Source of the DNA: Lachnospiraceae bacterium
Lineage (GTDB): Bacteria > Bacillota > Clostridia > Lachnospirales > Lachnospiraceae
Assembly (NCBI GenBank): GCA_051880375.1
Contig: JBJENV010000060.1
Coordinates: 9,228 to 73,227, forward strand
DNA length: 64,000 nucleotides
Reading direction: 5' to 3'
Both the position numbers and the translations under genes were made by a program. Below are positions 9,690-19,634 of the stretch, one piece after another; position 1 is the first letter of the stretch; each line of letters opens with the position of its first letter. The notes under the pieces are model-generated. The model was not told the DNA's origin. It searched no databases and worked only from the letters and a program-made list of their open reading frames with translations.

Positions 9690-11750
9690 CTAATTCTTTT
9701 CTTTCGCACCACTTACAATCGAATAGTACACATTGGACGTGATGCGGTATACCAGTGTGTAAAATACGGCAAAAATCAGGACGCTGATGCAGGCGGTGGC
9801 AACTAAGAGCGGCAGGTCACGCAGGTTGAAGAGCAGTAACAACTTGTGAATCATCGGGAAGGCAAACGCAAGGTGGATGACTGCGGTAATAAGCGGCAGG
9901 AAAAATACTGTGAGCATCTGCGAGTTGATGCTTTTGCGGATATCCTTTTTTGTCATTCCGACCTTCTGCATAATTTCAAAGCGGGCCTGGTCTTCATAGC
10001 CTTCCGAAATCTGCTTGTAGTAAATCATCAGTACCGTGGCAGACAGGAAAACCAGGCTGAGCATGATGCCGAGGAAAAAGATGCTTCCGTAGGTACCGTA
10101 AAAATCCTCCCGGTTGGCTTCCAGACTTTCGCAGCTGTACGAATAGCCATGTTCCGGTACCATCATGTATTCGCGGATGCTGCTGTAAATCTGTATCCAA
10201 AGCGCAATCTGTTCGGAAGGAGCGGCATCGGTATCAAAGCCGTAATTCCAGTGAATTAGCAGAATGCGGTCGCCGTTAAAGTCCTCAAGAGAAAGGAGGG
10301 GCTTCAGACATTCCGTCAAATCCGGCACGATAAGGACCATCGAAGGAATGAGAGACATTGCCATATCACCGCTTGTTACAAAATCTTCTGCAAAGCCTGC
10401 AATTTCAAAGCATGTTCCGTTCTTTATCGTCAGTGTATCATAAGGATAGTCACAGCGTACAAGAAAAAGTAATGTCTGATTCTCTTTTAACTGTAGGGAG
10501 GTTCCCATCAGGCTGTTATAGTCTGAGAGCGGCACAAAGTAAATTTGACGAAGCTGGTCATAGGTATCCAATTGGAATGTCGAATCGGCAGCACGTACTG
10601 TTTCGGTATCTGTCACCAGTTCATCTCCCTGTAACAGTCCGGTCAGCGTAGACCACCGGTAATTGCTTACGTTTTTCGGAGAAATACCCGCTTCAGAAAG
10701 AAGAGAGGAAATTTCTTTCTGAAGTCCGGCAAACGTCGACTCTGTCGTGTCTTCTAAAGGATTCAGAGCAATGCTTATGTTAATATCCTTTGGATAACGC
10801 GTACGCAGGCTGCTCTCCGTGCCAAAATAGAGACAGGCGGAGCCGGTAATCATGACAAGCACCATCGTTCCGAGAATGCAGATGGAAGCAAGACCGGCGC
10901 CGTTGCGTTTCATACGGTATACCATAGAGGAAACCGATACAAAATGCTTTGCTTTATAGTAATAGTTCTTTTTCTTCTGAAGAATCCGGCACAAAAGCAC
11001 GGAGCCGGAAATAAAGAGCAGATAGGTTGCTACAATGACCATGATGACTGCGACAAAGAACCAGACTAAAGCAGAGAGCGGTGACTGTATCGAAACCGCA
11101 ATATAGTAGGCGGCAGCTAAAAGGACAAGGCCAAAAAGTCCGAACAGCCAGTTCGCCTTCGGCGGCTTTTCACCGGAATTCTCACTTCGTAACAGTGTAA
11201 TCGGATTTGCTGTATGAATCTGTCTTAAGGTGTTGAAATAGAGCAGTACCGACAGAATACAGAATAAAAGTACCGTATTCCTGATGGATGTCATGGAAAC
11301 CGATAAGCTGTAATTTACCTCCGCATGTAACATATTAATCAGTCCGAGTTCTGCAAGCTTGGAGAAGGTTATCCCAGCAAACAGGCCGACAAACAGAGCG
11401 GCTGCTGTAATCATGACGGTTTCCCAAAACAGAACAATGCCGATGTTTTTCTTGCCCATACCAAGGATATTATATAATCCGAATTCTTTTTTCCTCCGGC
11501 GGATTAAAAAGGAATTCGTATAAAAGAGGAACAGAGCGGAAAATACCGCAAGTACATAGCTTCCCAGGGCCAGTACTACCTGTACGCTATCGCTGCCGGG
11601 CAGATAAAGAAGCAGCGGATTGCCGGATAGAAAAGAAAAAATATAATACATCAGTACCATTCCAATCCAGGTAAAAAGATAAGGAACATACAGCTGCTTA
11701 TTCTTTCGGATGCCGAGCAGGGCAAGCTTCGGATAAAACTCAAATTTCAT
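9690..11750 (-). CDS. BceB-type ABC transporter permease (FtsX-domain, 10 TM with large extracellular loop)
   Basis: 686 aa with TM helices at both ends and a soluble loop of about 220 aa. Its start overlaps the stop of the upstream ATPase gene. Confidence 0.85.
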   Translation of the reverse strand: MKFEFYPKLALLGIRKNKQLYVPYLFTWIGMVLMYYIFSFLSGNPLLLYLPGSDSVQVVLALGSYVLAVFSALFLFYTNSFLIRRRKKEFGLYNILGMGKKNIGIVLFWETVMITAAALFVGLFAGITFSKLAELGLINMLHAEVNYSLSVSMTSIRNTVLLFCILSVLLYFNTLRQIHTANPITLLRSENSGEKPPKANWLFGLFGLVLLAAAYYIAVSIQSPLSALVWFFVAVIMVIVATYLLFISGSVLLCRILQKKKNYYYKAKHFVSVSSMVYRMKRNGAGLASICILGTMVLVMITGSACLYFGTESSLRTRYPKDINISIALNPLEDTTESTFAGLQKEISSLLSEAGISPKNVSNYRWSTLTGLLQGDELVTDTETVRAADSTFQLDTYDQLRQIYFVPLSDYNSLMGTSLQLKENQTLLFLVRCDYPYDTLTIKNGTCFEIAGFAEDFVTSGDMAMSLIPSMVLIVPDLTECLKPLLSLEDFNGDRILLIHWNYGFDTDAAPSEQIALWIQIYSSIREYMMVPEHGYSYSCESLEANREDFYGTYGSIFFLGIMLSLVFLSATVLMIYYKQISEGYEDQARFEIMQKVGMTKKDIRKSINSQMLTVFFLPLITAVIHLAFAFPMIHKLLLLFNLRDLPLLVATACISVLIFAVFYTLVYRITSNVYYSIVSGAKEKN

Positions 11751-12511
11751 TTTGCATCACCACCCATCGCAAGCCTGGTCAGTGTATCGGAAATCATCTG
11801 GTACAGCTGTTCGTTTGTATTGCTGCCGCGGTAAATCTGATGAAATACCTCGCCGTCTTTGATAAACAGCACACGTCCGGCATGGCTGGCAGCCTTAACC
11901 GAGTGGGTTACCATCAGAATCGTTTGTCCTCCGGCGTTGATTGCTCCGAACAGTTCCAGCAGTTCCGTTGTCGACTTGGAGTCCAGAGCACCGGTCGGTT
12001 CGTCTGCCAAAAGCAGCTTTGGCGAGGTGATGAGTGCACGGGCAACGGCGGCACGTTGTTTTTGTCCGCCGGATACCTCGTAAGGATATTTTTTTAACAG
12101 CTCCGAAATGCCAAGCTGTGCGGCAAGCGGAGTTAAGCGCGCTCTCATTTCTGCATAGGTTTTTCCTGCAAGGACAAGCGGAAGATAAATATTGTCCTCC
12201 AGTGTAAAGGTATCTAAAAGATTGAAATCCTGAAAGACAAAGCCTAAGTTATCCCTGCGGAAGGCAGCAATCTTTGCTTCCTTAATTTTTGTAATATCCT
12301 GTCCGGCTAACAGAATACTGCCGGACGTCGGCTTGTCGAGGGCAGCCAAAAGATTGAGCAGGGTGGTTTTTCCGGAACCGGATTCGCCCATAATGGCGAC
12401 ATATTCTCCCTCCTCCACGCAAAAAGAAACCTGCTTCAGTGCTTCGACTTTATTCCCGCCCAGGCGGGTGGTGTAAACTTTTTTTAATTCGTTTGCTTCT
12501 AACATACTCAT
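11747..12511 (-). CDS. BceA-type ABC transporter ATP-binding protein
   Basis: Walker A GESGSGKTT, signature SGGQKQR, Walker B LLLADEPT. I place the start at MSMLEANELKK (ATG 12511) with AGGAGGA upstream. The ORF-track extension to 12628 lacks an RBS. Confidence 0.9.
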   Translation of the reverse strand: MSMLEANELKKVYTTRLGGNKVEALKQVSFCVEEGEYVAIMGESGSGKTTLLNLLAALDKPTSGSILLAGQDITKIKEAKIAAFRRDNLGFVFQDFNLLDTFTLEDNIYLPLVLAGKTYAEMRARLTPLAAQLGISELLKKYPYEVSGGQKQRAAVARALITSPKLLLADEPTGALDSKSTTELLELFGAINAGGQTILMVTHSVKAASHAGRVLFIKDGEVFHQIYRGSNTNEQLYQMISDTLTRLAMGGDAK

Positions 12512-12606
12512 CGTAAGAAGTCCTCCTGTTTCATTTTCTGCGCTTATTGTAACAGAAAGAGGAACTGCAATGCCATGCAATCGGCTTACAATTCCTCCGG
12601 TAAATC

Positions 12607-12620
12607 TAACGTTTTTGTAA
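12607..12620 (-). promoter_or_regulatory. Candidate BceR-type response-regulator box (TAACG-N4-TGTAA)
   Basis: One mismatch from the TNACA-N4-TGTAA inverted repeat, as I recall it, reported for BceR-like regulators. It lies about 95 nt upstream of the ATPase start. The motif is short, so a chance match is possible. Confidence 0.3.
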
Positions 12621-12624
12621 GAAA

Positions 12625-13614
12625 TCATTCAATGTCTGTGTTCTGTTGGTTCAGGCAGATGCGGATGGTAGTGCCGACATCCGGCAAAGATTCTGCCGTA
12701 ATGGAATGTCCGAGATTTTTGCAGATTCTTTTGCAAAGATACAGCCCGATGCCGCTGGAAGTTTTATCTGCACGTCCGTTATAGCCGGTATAACCTTTTT
12801 CAAAGATGCGCGGCAAATCCTCCTTCGCAATGCCGATACCGGTGTCACTGATGCAAAGTACATCCGGCTGCTCCAGACGGATGGTAATGCTACCGGAAGA
12901 AGTATATTTTAAGGCGTTGGACAAGACCTGCTCAATCACAAAGGAGAGCCACTTTTCGTCGGTTATGACAGTGGTATGAAGCGGCTCGTAGTTCAGCCGG
13001 AGCTTTTTTAAAATAAATTCTCCCGAAAACTTTTTCACCGACTGCCGGATGAGGGTATCGAGGTCACAGCTTCGAAACACGTAGTCCGTAGTTTCGGAAT
13101 CCAGACGGATGAACATCAGTACCATTTCCACATACTGCTCAATTCGGAATAAATCTGCCGAGAGCGTACGGGAAAGGGCGGAATCCTCGTTCTGCAGGTG
13201 CAGACGCATGGAGGAAATCGGCGTTTTAATCTGATGTGCCCAGGCAGTGTAGTAGTCCGTCATATTGTTGTATCTGGAAGCCATACGAGCGGTCATTCGC
13301 TGTTGCTCGTTAAGCAGCCGGTAGATGATTGCCCGGTAGTCCTCATCTGTAATACCCGGGAAGACAGGAAGCTGTTCGAGCAGTTCCGGAAACAGCCTTT
13401 GAAACTCGGTAAGCTGTTTATGCTTCTTTTTGGCAAGGCAAAAGTCTGCCGCAAAAAAGCAGACGCCGATCAGACCGCAGAGCAGAATAGGATAAGCCAC
13501 GGCCCCAAGCGGAAGATGATACAGCAGAAAAGAAACGGACAACAGAAAACAGAAGCAAACATAAAAAATAAGGGTAAGCTTTTTTTCTTTCAGATAGGAA
13601 ATAAAAAACTTCAT
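12625..13614 (-). CDS. Intramembrane-sensing histidine kinase (BceS-like)
   Basis: Two N-terminal TM helices with almost no extracellular loop. H-box WAHQIKTP. HATPase motifs NALKYT, DTGIGI and GIGL. Confidence 0.85.
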   Translation of the reverse strand: MKFFISYLKEKKLTLIFYVCFCFLLSVSFLLYHLPLGAVAYPILLCGLIGVCFFAADFCLAKKKHKQLTEFQRLFPELLEQLPVFPGITDEDYRAIIYRLLNEQQRMTARMASRYNNMTDYYTAWAHQIKTPISSMRLHLQNEDSALSRTLSADLFRIEQYVEMVLMFIRLDSETTDYVFRSCDLDTLIRQSVKKFSGEFILKKLRLNYEPLHTTVITDEKWLSFVIEQVLSNALKYTSSGSITIRLEQPDVLCISDTGIGIAKEDLPRIFEKGYTGYNGRADKTSSGIGLYLCKRICKNLGHSITAESLPDVGTTIRICLNQQNTDIE

Positions 13615-13629
13615 AGGAGTCTCCTTTGC

Positions 13630-14301
13630 TTACGGGATGAGATAACCGACACCGAATCTGGTCGTGATAAAGTCGGTTAAGCCGGCAGCATCTAACTTCT
13701 TTCGAAGACGTCCGACATTAACCGACAGGGTGTTTTCATCCACAAAGCTGTCTGTCTTCCACAGAATCTCCATGAGCTTTTCGCGGCTGACTACCTTGCT
13801 CTTGTTCTGCATCAGAGTGAGCAGAATCAGGTATTCGTTCTTTGTCAGGGGAATTTTTGCATCCTGATAGGACAGAGAATGCTCGCCGGTATGAAGCAAT
13901 GCACCGCGGTGCTCCAGTATCGGGACGGAGGAAGCAAAATCGTAGGTGCGGCGCAGCATGGCCTGAATTTTTGCCATCAGCACGTTCTGGTCGAACGGCT
14001 TTGCGATAAAGTCATCCGCACCGAGGTTCATTGCCATAATAATATTCATGTTGTCGGAAGCAGAGGAGAGAAAAATCACCGGAACTCTGGATACCTTGCG
14101 GATTTCACTGCACCAGTGATAACCGTTAAAGAACGGCAGGGAAATATCAAGCAGGACCAGATGCGGGTCAAATTCCGCGAACTCCGTAAGAACATTCCGA
14201 AAGTTCTGTACACAGTGAACCGAAAGCTCCCAAAGCTCAGCCTGTGCCTTGACTGCCGAAGCAATGCCGGCATCATCCTCTACAATCAGTATTCGATACA
14301 T
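13630..14301 (-). CDS. OmpR-family response regulator (BceR-like)
   Basis: Receiver domain (ILIVEDD...LLDISLP) and a winged-helix C-terminus (LTKNEY.IL..L...VGYL). Confidence 0.9.
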   Translation of the reverse strand: MYRILIVEDDAGIASAVKAQAELWELSVHCVQNFRNVLTEFAEFDPHLVLLDISLPFFNGYHWCSEIRKVSRVPVIFLSSASDNMNIIMAMNLGADDFIAKPFDQNVLMAKIQAMLRRTYDFASSVPILEHRGALLHTGEHSLSYQDAKIPLTKNEYLILLTLMQNKSKVVSREKLMEILWKTDSFVDENTLSVNVGRLRKKLDAAGLTDFITTRFGVGYLIP

Positions 14302-14321
14302 AGCAACCTCCGTTTTGAAAG

Positions 14322-14360
14322 TAAAAAGGGCAGTGGGGACAGTTTAAGTCCACACTACCC
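14322..14360 (-). terminator. Intrinsic terminator downstream of the yerC-like gene
   Basis: On the minus strand GGGTAGTGTGGAC-TTAAACT-GTCCCCACTGCCC is followed by TTTTT. It sits only about 20 nt upstream of the response-regulator start. Confidence 0.6.
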
Positions 14361-14387
14361 GGTTGTGCTGATTCGTAGGAAAAGAAG

Positions 14388-14708
14388 TTACTGTGCCTCT
14401 TTTTCCGTGTGATCCGCAGGAAGCGGAGCGATACGCTCAAACACCATATCATAACCGTCATTTCCGTAATTTAAGGAACGATTGACGCGGCTGATGGTAG
14501 CGGTAGAGGCACCGGTCTTTTCTGCAATCTCAAGGTAGGTTTTGTGTGCACGAAGCATTGCGGCGACCTCGAAACGCTGAGAGAGAGACAAAAGCTCGTT
14601 TACGGTACATATATCATCGAAAAAGGAATAACATTCGTCTTTGCTTTTAAGACTAAGGATAGCGTCAAACAGATAGTCGACAGCCGGAGTTTTAATATTC
14701 TTGCTCAT
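14388..14708 (-). CDS. YerC/YecD-family TrpR-related DNA-binding protein
   Basis: The LLSLSQRFEVAAML...TYLEIAEKTGASTATISRVNRSL pattern matches. Start set at MSKNIK with AGGAGG upstream. Confidence 0.8.
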   Translation of the reverse strand: MSKNIKTPAVDYLFDAILSLKSKDECYSFFDDICTVNELLSLSQRFEVAAMLRAHKTYLEIAEKTGASTATISRVNRSLNYGNDGYDMVFERIAPLPADHTEKEAQ

Positions 14709-14887
14709 TTTTATCGACCTCCTTTCTTCATACGGTGACATTTTACCACTATAACGGACTAAAGTAAAGCTTTTTTTTGCAAATTTTCAAAAAATTATAA
14801 TGAAGGAAAAAGGTACTGGACTTTTTCACTGCAATGAGGTAAACTATCCGAAAAGGATACTGCCGGAAAGGATAGGAGAGAAAACGT

Positions 14888-15772
14888 ATGTATAAAATCG
14901 TAAAGAAAAAGCTGCTGGCTCCGAATATTGTGCTCATGGAGGTAAAGGCACCCCGGACAGCAAAGAGCTGTCTGCCGGGACAGTTTGTCATTGTAAAGGC
15001 GGATGAAAAGGGAGAGCGGATTCCGCTTACTGTCTGCGACTATGACAGAGAGGCAGAAACGGTTACTATTGTATTTCAGACGGTCGGAAATTCCACAAAG
15101 CTGATGGCGGAGTATGAGGTCGGGGATTCGTTCCGTGACTTTGTCGGACCGCTCGGTTGTAAATCCGATTTAATAGAGGAGCCGATAGAGGAGTTAAAGA
15201 AAAAGAAGCTTCTGTTTATTGCAGGAGGCGTCGGAACGGCTCCGGTTTATCCGCAGGTAAAGTGGCTGCATGAGCAGGGCATATCGGCGGACTGTATTAT
15301 CGGTGCAAGGAATAAAGACCTGATTATTTTAGAAGAAGAAATGAAGCAGGTGGCAGGCGAAGTGTTTGTCTGTACGGATGACGGCTCCTACGGAAGGAAA
15401 GGAAATGTCAACGACTGCTTAAAGTATCTGGTGAACGAGCGGGGAAAGCAGTACGACCATATTGTTGCCATCGGACCGCTTGTGATGATGAAGTTTGTCT
15501 GCCTGCTTACAAAGGAGCTTGGCATTAAAACGGTGGTCAGCATGAACCCGATTATGGTAGACGGTACGGGAATGTGCGGTGCGTGCCGTCTGACGGTCGG
15601 AAATGAGATTAAGTTTGCCTGTGTGGACGGACCGGAGTTTGACGGACATCTTGTGAACTTTGACGAAGCAATGAAGCGCCAGCAGCTGTATAAAACAGAA
15701 GAGGGCAGGGCAATCCTGAGAGCAAAGGAAGGAAACACCCACCACGGCGGCTGCGGTCATTGTGAAGGATAA
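14888..15772 (+). CDS. Sulfide/dihydroorotate dehydrogenase-like FAD/NAD-binding subunit (NfnA-like; partner of GltD-like protein)
   Basis: Ferredoxin-reductase fold (RIPLTV, GGVGTAP) and a C-terminal 2Fe-2S Cys cluster (GMCGACR...FACVDGP). Confidence 0.8.
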   Translation: MYKIVKKKLLAPNIVLMEVKAPRTAKSCLPGQFVIVKADEKGERIPLTVCDYDREAETVTIVFQTVGNSTKLMAEYEVGDSFRDFVGPLGCKSDLIEEPIEELKKKKLLFIAGGVGTAPVYPQVKWLHEQGISADCIIGARNKDLIILEEEMKQVAGEVFVCTDDGSYGRKGNVNDCLKYLVNERGKQYDHIVAIGPLVMMKFVCLLTKELGIKTVVSMNPIMVDGTGMCGACRLTVGNEIKFACVDGPEFDGHLVNFDEAMKRQQLYKTEEGRAILRAKEGNTHHGGCGHCEG

Positions 15773-15801
15773 AAAGACAGAAGGAAAGGAACAAAAACAA
15801 T

Positions 15802-17187
15802 ATGGCAGATCAATTACATAGAGTTCCGGTCAAGGAGCAGGAAGCTCTTGTACGGGCAAAAAATTTCAAGGAAGTATGTTTGGGCTACAGCGCGGAAGAA
15901 GCAGTGGAAGAGGCTTCTCGCTGCTTAAAGTGTAAAAATCCGCAGTGTCAGACGGGATGTCCGGTAGGAATCGATATTCCGGGCTTTATCCGTGAGGTGG
16001 AGGCAGGAAATTTTGAGGGTGCTTATGAGGTCATCAGCAAGTATTCCGCACTTCCTGCGGTCTGCGGACGTGTCTGCCCGCAGGAGTCACAATGCGAGGC
16101 AAAGTGCATCCGCGGCATCAAGGGAGAAGCCGTTTCCATCGGAAAACTGGAACGCTTTGTGGCGGACTGGGCAAGGGAAAACGGTGTAAAGCCTAAGAAA
16201 CCGGCAGAAAGAAAAGGAAAGAAGGTAGCGGTTATCGGGTCGGGTCCTGCCGGGCTGACCTGTGCAGGTGACCTTGCAAAGCTTGGCTATGATGTGACGA
16301 TTTTTGAAGCACTGCATGAAGCCGGCGGCGTACTCGTTTACGGTATTCCGGAATTCCGTCTTCCAAAGGATACGGTCGTAAAGGCAGAAATTGAAAACGT
16401 CAAGGCACTCGGCGTTACGATAGAAACCAATGTTGTTGTCGGAAAATCCGTCACGATAGACGAGCTGCTGAACGAAGAAGGTTTTTCGGCAGTATTTATC
16501 GGCTCCGGTGCCGGACTTCCGAAATTCATGGGAATACCGGGTGAAAACGCAAACGGCGTATTCTCGGCAAATGAATTCCTTACAAGAAACAATCTGATGA
16601 AGGCATTTGACGATGCTTACGATACACCGATTTTCCGTGGTAAGAGGGTAGCGGTAGTCGGCGGCGGCAACGTGGCAATGGATGCGGCAAGAACCGCGCT
16701 TCGTCTCGGAGCGGAAACCTACATCGTATACCGCAGAAGCGAGGAAGAGCTCCCGGCGCGTGTGGAGGAAGTACATCATGCAAAAGAAGAGGGAATTATA
16801 TTTAAACTCCTCACCAATCCGAAGGAAATCATTGCGGATGAGAACGGCTGGGTAAAGTCGATGATTTGTGTGGAAATGGAACTTGGAGAGCCGGATACAT
16901 CGGGCAGAAGGCGTCCGGTAGAAAAGGCCGGTTCGGAGTTTGAACTTCCGGTGGACGCTGTCATCATGTCGCTCGGAACAAGCCCGAATCCACTGATTTC
17001 GTCCACCACGGATGGGCTGGAGTGCAATAAGCACAGATGCATTGTGGCAGACGAAGCAAACGGTCAGACCTCGCGAGAGGGCGTCTTTGCAGGCGGAGAT
17101 GCCGTGACCGGTGCGGCAACCGTGATTCTTGCCATGGGTGCGGGAAAGGCTGCGGCAAGGGGAATTGATGAATACCTGAGTAGATAA
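15802..17187 (+). CDS. NADPH-dependent glutamate synthase small-chain homolog (GltD/NfnB-like)
   Basis: Fe-S Cys motifs (CLKCKNPQC..GCP; CGRVCPQESQCE). Two Rossmann motifs (VIGSGPAGL; VVGGGNVAMD). AGGDAV near the C-terminus. Confidence 0.85.
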   Translation: MADQLHRVPVKEQEALVRAKNFKEVCLGYSAEEAVEEASRCLKCKNPQCQTGCPVGIDIPGFIREVEAGNFEGAYEVISKYSALPAVCGRVCPQESQCEAKCIRGIKGEAVSIGKLERFVADWARENGVKPKKPAERKGKKVAVIGSGPAGLTCAGDLAKLGYDVTIFEALHEAGGVLVYGIPEFRLPKDTVVKAEIENVKALGVTIETNVVVGKSVTIDELLNEEGFSAVFIGSGAGLPKFMGIPGENANGVFSANEFLTRNNLMKAFDDAYDTPIFRGKRVAVVGGGNVAMDAARTALRLGAETYIVYRRSEEELPARVEEVHHAKEEGIIFKLLTNPKEIIADENGWVKSMICVEMELGEPDTSGRRRPVEKAGSEFELPVDAVIMSLGTSPNPLISSTTDGLECNKHRCIVADEANGQTSREGVFAGGDAVTGAATVILAMGAGKAAARGIDEYLSR

Positions 17188-17234
17188 AGTTGTACAAACT
17201 TCACAAAAAGTACAGAGAAATTTTGGTATGTTTC

Positions 17235-17269
17235 AAAGGCATCTGACACTTGAGCAGATGCCTTTTTTC
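17235..17269 (+). terminator. Intrinsic terminator after the nfnAB-like operon
   Basis: AAAGGCATCTG...CAGATGCCTTT hairpin followed by a T-run. Confidence 0.7.
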
Positions 17270-17397
17270 TGTTATACTATAGACAGTTTTATCAAACAAT
17301 CCAAATCAGTTATCAGAAGTTTCAGGACCGGCTTCATGGCAGGAGTCTTCGGTCAAATTCCAACAAACAACGAAAAGAAAAGAAAGGACTTACGCAT

Positions 17398-18339
17398 TTG
17401 AAGCATAGTGAACAGGAAACAAAAGAAAATTTCAGCTATTTTTTAGAAGAACTTTCGCACCGGATGGAGGAAAGTTATCCGGAAAGGCTGGAAACGGAGC
17501 AGACAAAGGTATTGAAAAACAATTCGGTTCTGCTGCACGGATTTTTAATCAGAGAGAAGGGAAGCAGAATTGCTCCGACCTTTTATCTGGACGATGAGTT
17601 TGAACAGTATCGGCGCGGCAGGAAAACAATCGAGGAAATTGCGGAATATGTTCTGCAATGCTATGAGGAAGAAAAAGAAAAAAAGCAGGAAGTTTTAAAC
17701 CGTCTGGACTTTACATGGGAGAGTATGCGGCATGCTGTTACCTATCGCCTGGTAAACAGAGAAAAAAATGCAGAAATGTTAAAGACAGCGCCATATGAGG
17801 AGTTTTTGGACCTGGCGCTGATTTATCAGTATACCATAAAAATTTCGGAAGATATGCAGGGAACCGTGCAAATACTAAAAGAGCACATGGAGCATCTGCA
17901 TATCTCAAATGAAGAGCTTAGGGCCGTTGCGGCGGAGAATACAAGAAGAATCCACCCTCCGGTAATCTATGCCATGGAGGATGTGCTGTTCGGAACAAAG
18001 AAAGCATGGACAGGAGAAAAAATAGATACACAGGCAGAACACGGATTGTATGTGCTAACAAACGAGGCCGGAATACATGGAGCCGCCTCCCTGATTTTTA
18101 AAGAACGGCTGCGGGAGTTTGCACGGGCAGCCGGAGGCGGCTTTTATATTCTTCCAAGCAGTATTCATGAAGTTATTTTTGTGCCGGATGTTCCGGGAAT
18201 CTCACTTAGGTTTCTGGCAGCGTCGGTAAAAAGTATTAATGCAACCAGAGTGGCGGCAACAGAGGTGCTGTCTGATCAGGTCTATTACTTTGATCCGGAA
18301 TCCGACTGCATCAGGCGTCTCGGCGCTGCAGAACCGTAA
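17398..18339 (+). CDS. DUF5688-family protein (TTG start as tracked; start uncertain)
   Basis: The pattern VLKNNSV.LHG..I......APTFYLDD..E.Y is what I recall for DUF5688 in Clostridia. GAAAGGA lies 8 nt upstream of the TTG. Confidence 0.55.
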   Translation: MKHSEQETKENFSYFLEELSHRMEESYPERLETEQTKVLKNNSVLLHGFLIREKGSRIAPTFYLDDEFEQYRRGRKTIEEIAEYVLQCYEEEKEKKQEVLNRLDFTWESMRHAVTYRLVNREKNAEMLKTAPYEEFLDLALIYQYTIKISEDMQGTVQILKEHMEHLHISNEELRAVAAENTRRIHPPVIYAMEDVLFGTKKAWTGEKIDTQAEHGLYVLTNEAGIHGAASLIFKERLREFARAAGGGFYILPSSIHEVIFVPDVPGISLRFLAASVKSINATRVAATEVLSDQVYYFDPESDCIRRLGAAEP

Positions 18340-18342
18340 CAG

Positions 18343-19500
18343 CTATTCTGTGGTAGAGGACTCCGACTGACCGGTTGCATTATTGATTCGTTCAATAAAC
18401 TCACGGAGGTTGGAGTCTGATATCATGGCTTCTGCAAGGCGGTCTACAACGCTCTCATACATTGCGATAAAGTCGTCCTGCTGCCGGGATTCCACACGGA
18501 ACGCATCTGTATTTTCTGTTGTATTTCCAAAAAAGATTTTTGGAAAATTGTTTTCGTCAATTGCGATTAACAGTTCGTCCGCACCCGGTGCAAGAGTTGC
18601 GATGTTGACAATCTTGACATCGTGGGCAGCATAGACAATGTAGCGGAACTCGGTGATGTCATACGGACATTCTCTGATAATAAACTGAAAGTTATGATAG
18701 CCTTCAATATACTGCGTTTTTGTAGAAATATCCTCAATATTGATATACGAACTGTCGGTAACGATTTCTCTTAACAGGGTTTCGTCACAGGCAAGCTTTG
18801 CGTTCATGTAGCGGCGAATCGTTTCCTTAATATACAAGTTGCGTACGGATTCTTCGGCACGCGAAAGAAACAATGCTTCTTCTACATCCGCGTTTTGTAC
18901 GGAAGGATAAACGGTGCAGGTGCCGGCTTCGGCATCAAAGGAAATGCAGTATTCCTCCAGCGTTGGGATAAATACATTACTTCCGGCGTATTTTATTTCA
19001 TAGGTGACATAGACAATATAGTCTGCGTAGGATAAACCTTCCTTATAATAACAGGAGATATTTGCAATCTGGGAAATCTCCTCGGCATGTTCCCTTAAGT
19101 TTTCTTCTGTCGGCAAATCTCCCAAAGGAATCAGCGCAGCTAAATCAACATAGTTGCCCTCATGGTAGGCTTTTAAATATTCAGCGATACGAAGTGTAAT
19201 GAGAGAGCCTGTTTCATCCGTTGCCGGCTGAATCGGAATTTCTGCATTCAGCTGCCCAAGGGACGGAGTAGGAGTAGGCGAAGGAGTCGGGGTTGGTGTA
19301 GAAGTCGGGGTTGGCGTTAAGGTGACTTCAGGAATCTTTGTAGGAAGTCCCGTAACCGTTGGTGCGGCGGAAGGACCAAAGACGGTACCGCCTTCCGTCT
19401 GAATGTCGGATGACTCCTTCCCAAAGGAAAGCAGGGCAAGACCAAGTATCATCACGGTAAAGGATGTACCGAGAATGGATTTCATATATTTATATTTCAT
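18343..19500 (-). CDS. Hypothetical membrane-anchored/secreted protein with Pro/Thr-rich linker
   Basis: N-terminal hydrophobic anchor, then a TPTPTSTPTPTPSPTPTP linker, then a domain of about 300 aa that I do not recognise. Confidence 0.55.
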   Translation of the reverse strand: MKYKYMKSILGTSFTVMILGLALLSFGKESSDIQTEGGTVFGPSAAPTVTGLPTKIPEVTLTPTPTSTPTPTPSPTPTPSLGQLNAEIPIQPATDETGSLITLRIAEYLKAYHEGNYVDLAALIPLGDLPTEENLREHAEEISQIANISCYYKEGLSYADYIVYVTYEIKYAGSNVFIPTLEEYCISFDAEAGTCTVYPSVQNADVEEALFLSRAEESVRNLYIKETIRRYMNAKLACDETLLREIVTDSSYINIEDISTKTQYIEGYHNFQFIIRECPYDITEFRYIVYAAHDVKIVNIATLAPGADELLIAIDENNFPKIFFGNTTENTDAFRVESRQQDDFIAMYESVVDRLAEAMISDSNLREFIERINNATGQSESSTTE

Positions 19501-19586
19501 AAAATAATCTCCGTTTCATAATCACAGGGGGTAAGCAAAAATCAACATAGGAACATATGCCTTACGGCAAAAAGTCCTGTATGGTA

Positions 19587-19623
19587 AATGAATTCCTTCA
19601 GCGGCTGCCAAAGGAATTCATTT
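19587..19623. terminator. Hairpin downstream of the tRNA gene (possible bidirectional terminator)
   Basis: AAATGAATTCCTT / AAGGAATTCATTT is a 13-bp perfect stem. The T-run is on the plus side only. Confidence 0.45.
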
Positions 19624-19634
19624 TTACAGGTAAG

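Noticed and set aside
14777-14801. TTGCAA ... TATAAT considered as a promoter for the nfnA-like gene.
   Set aside because: The spacer is only 13 nt, outside the functional 16-18 nt range. The real promoter was not identified.
16087-17034. A 315-aa ORF antisense to the gltD/nfnB-like gene. Similar long antisense or off-frame ORFs occur at 20999-21583, 22881-23414, 35205-35717, 3323-3730, 658-1167 and 13198-13680, among others.
   Set aside because: Each lies wholly inside a well-supported gene on the other strand or frame. They lack RBS-like sequences, and their translations are low-complexity (Arg/Ser/Cys/Phe-rich) with no recognisable motifs. This is expected in moderate-GC coding DNA.
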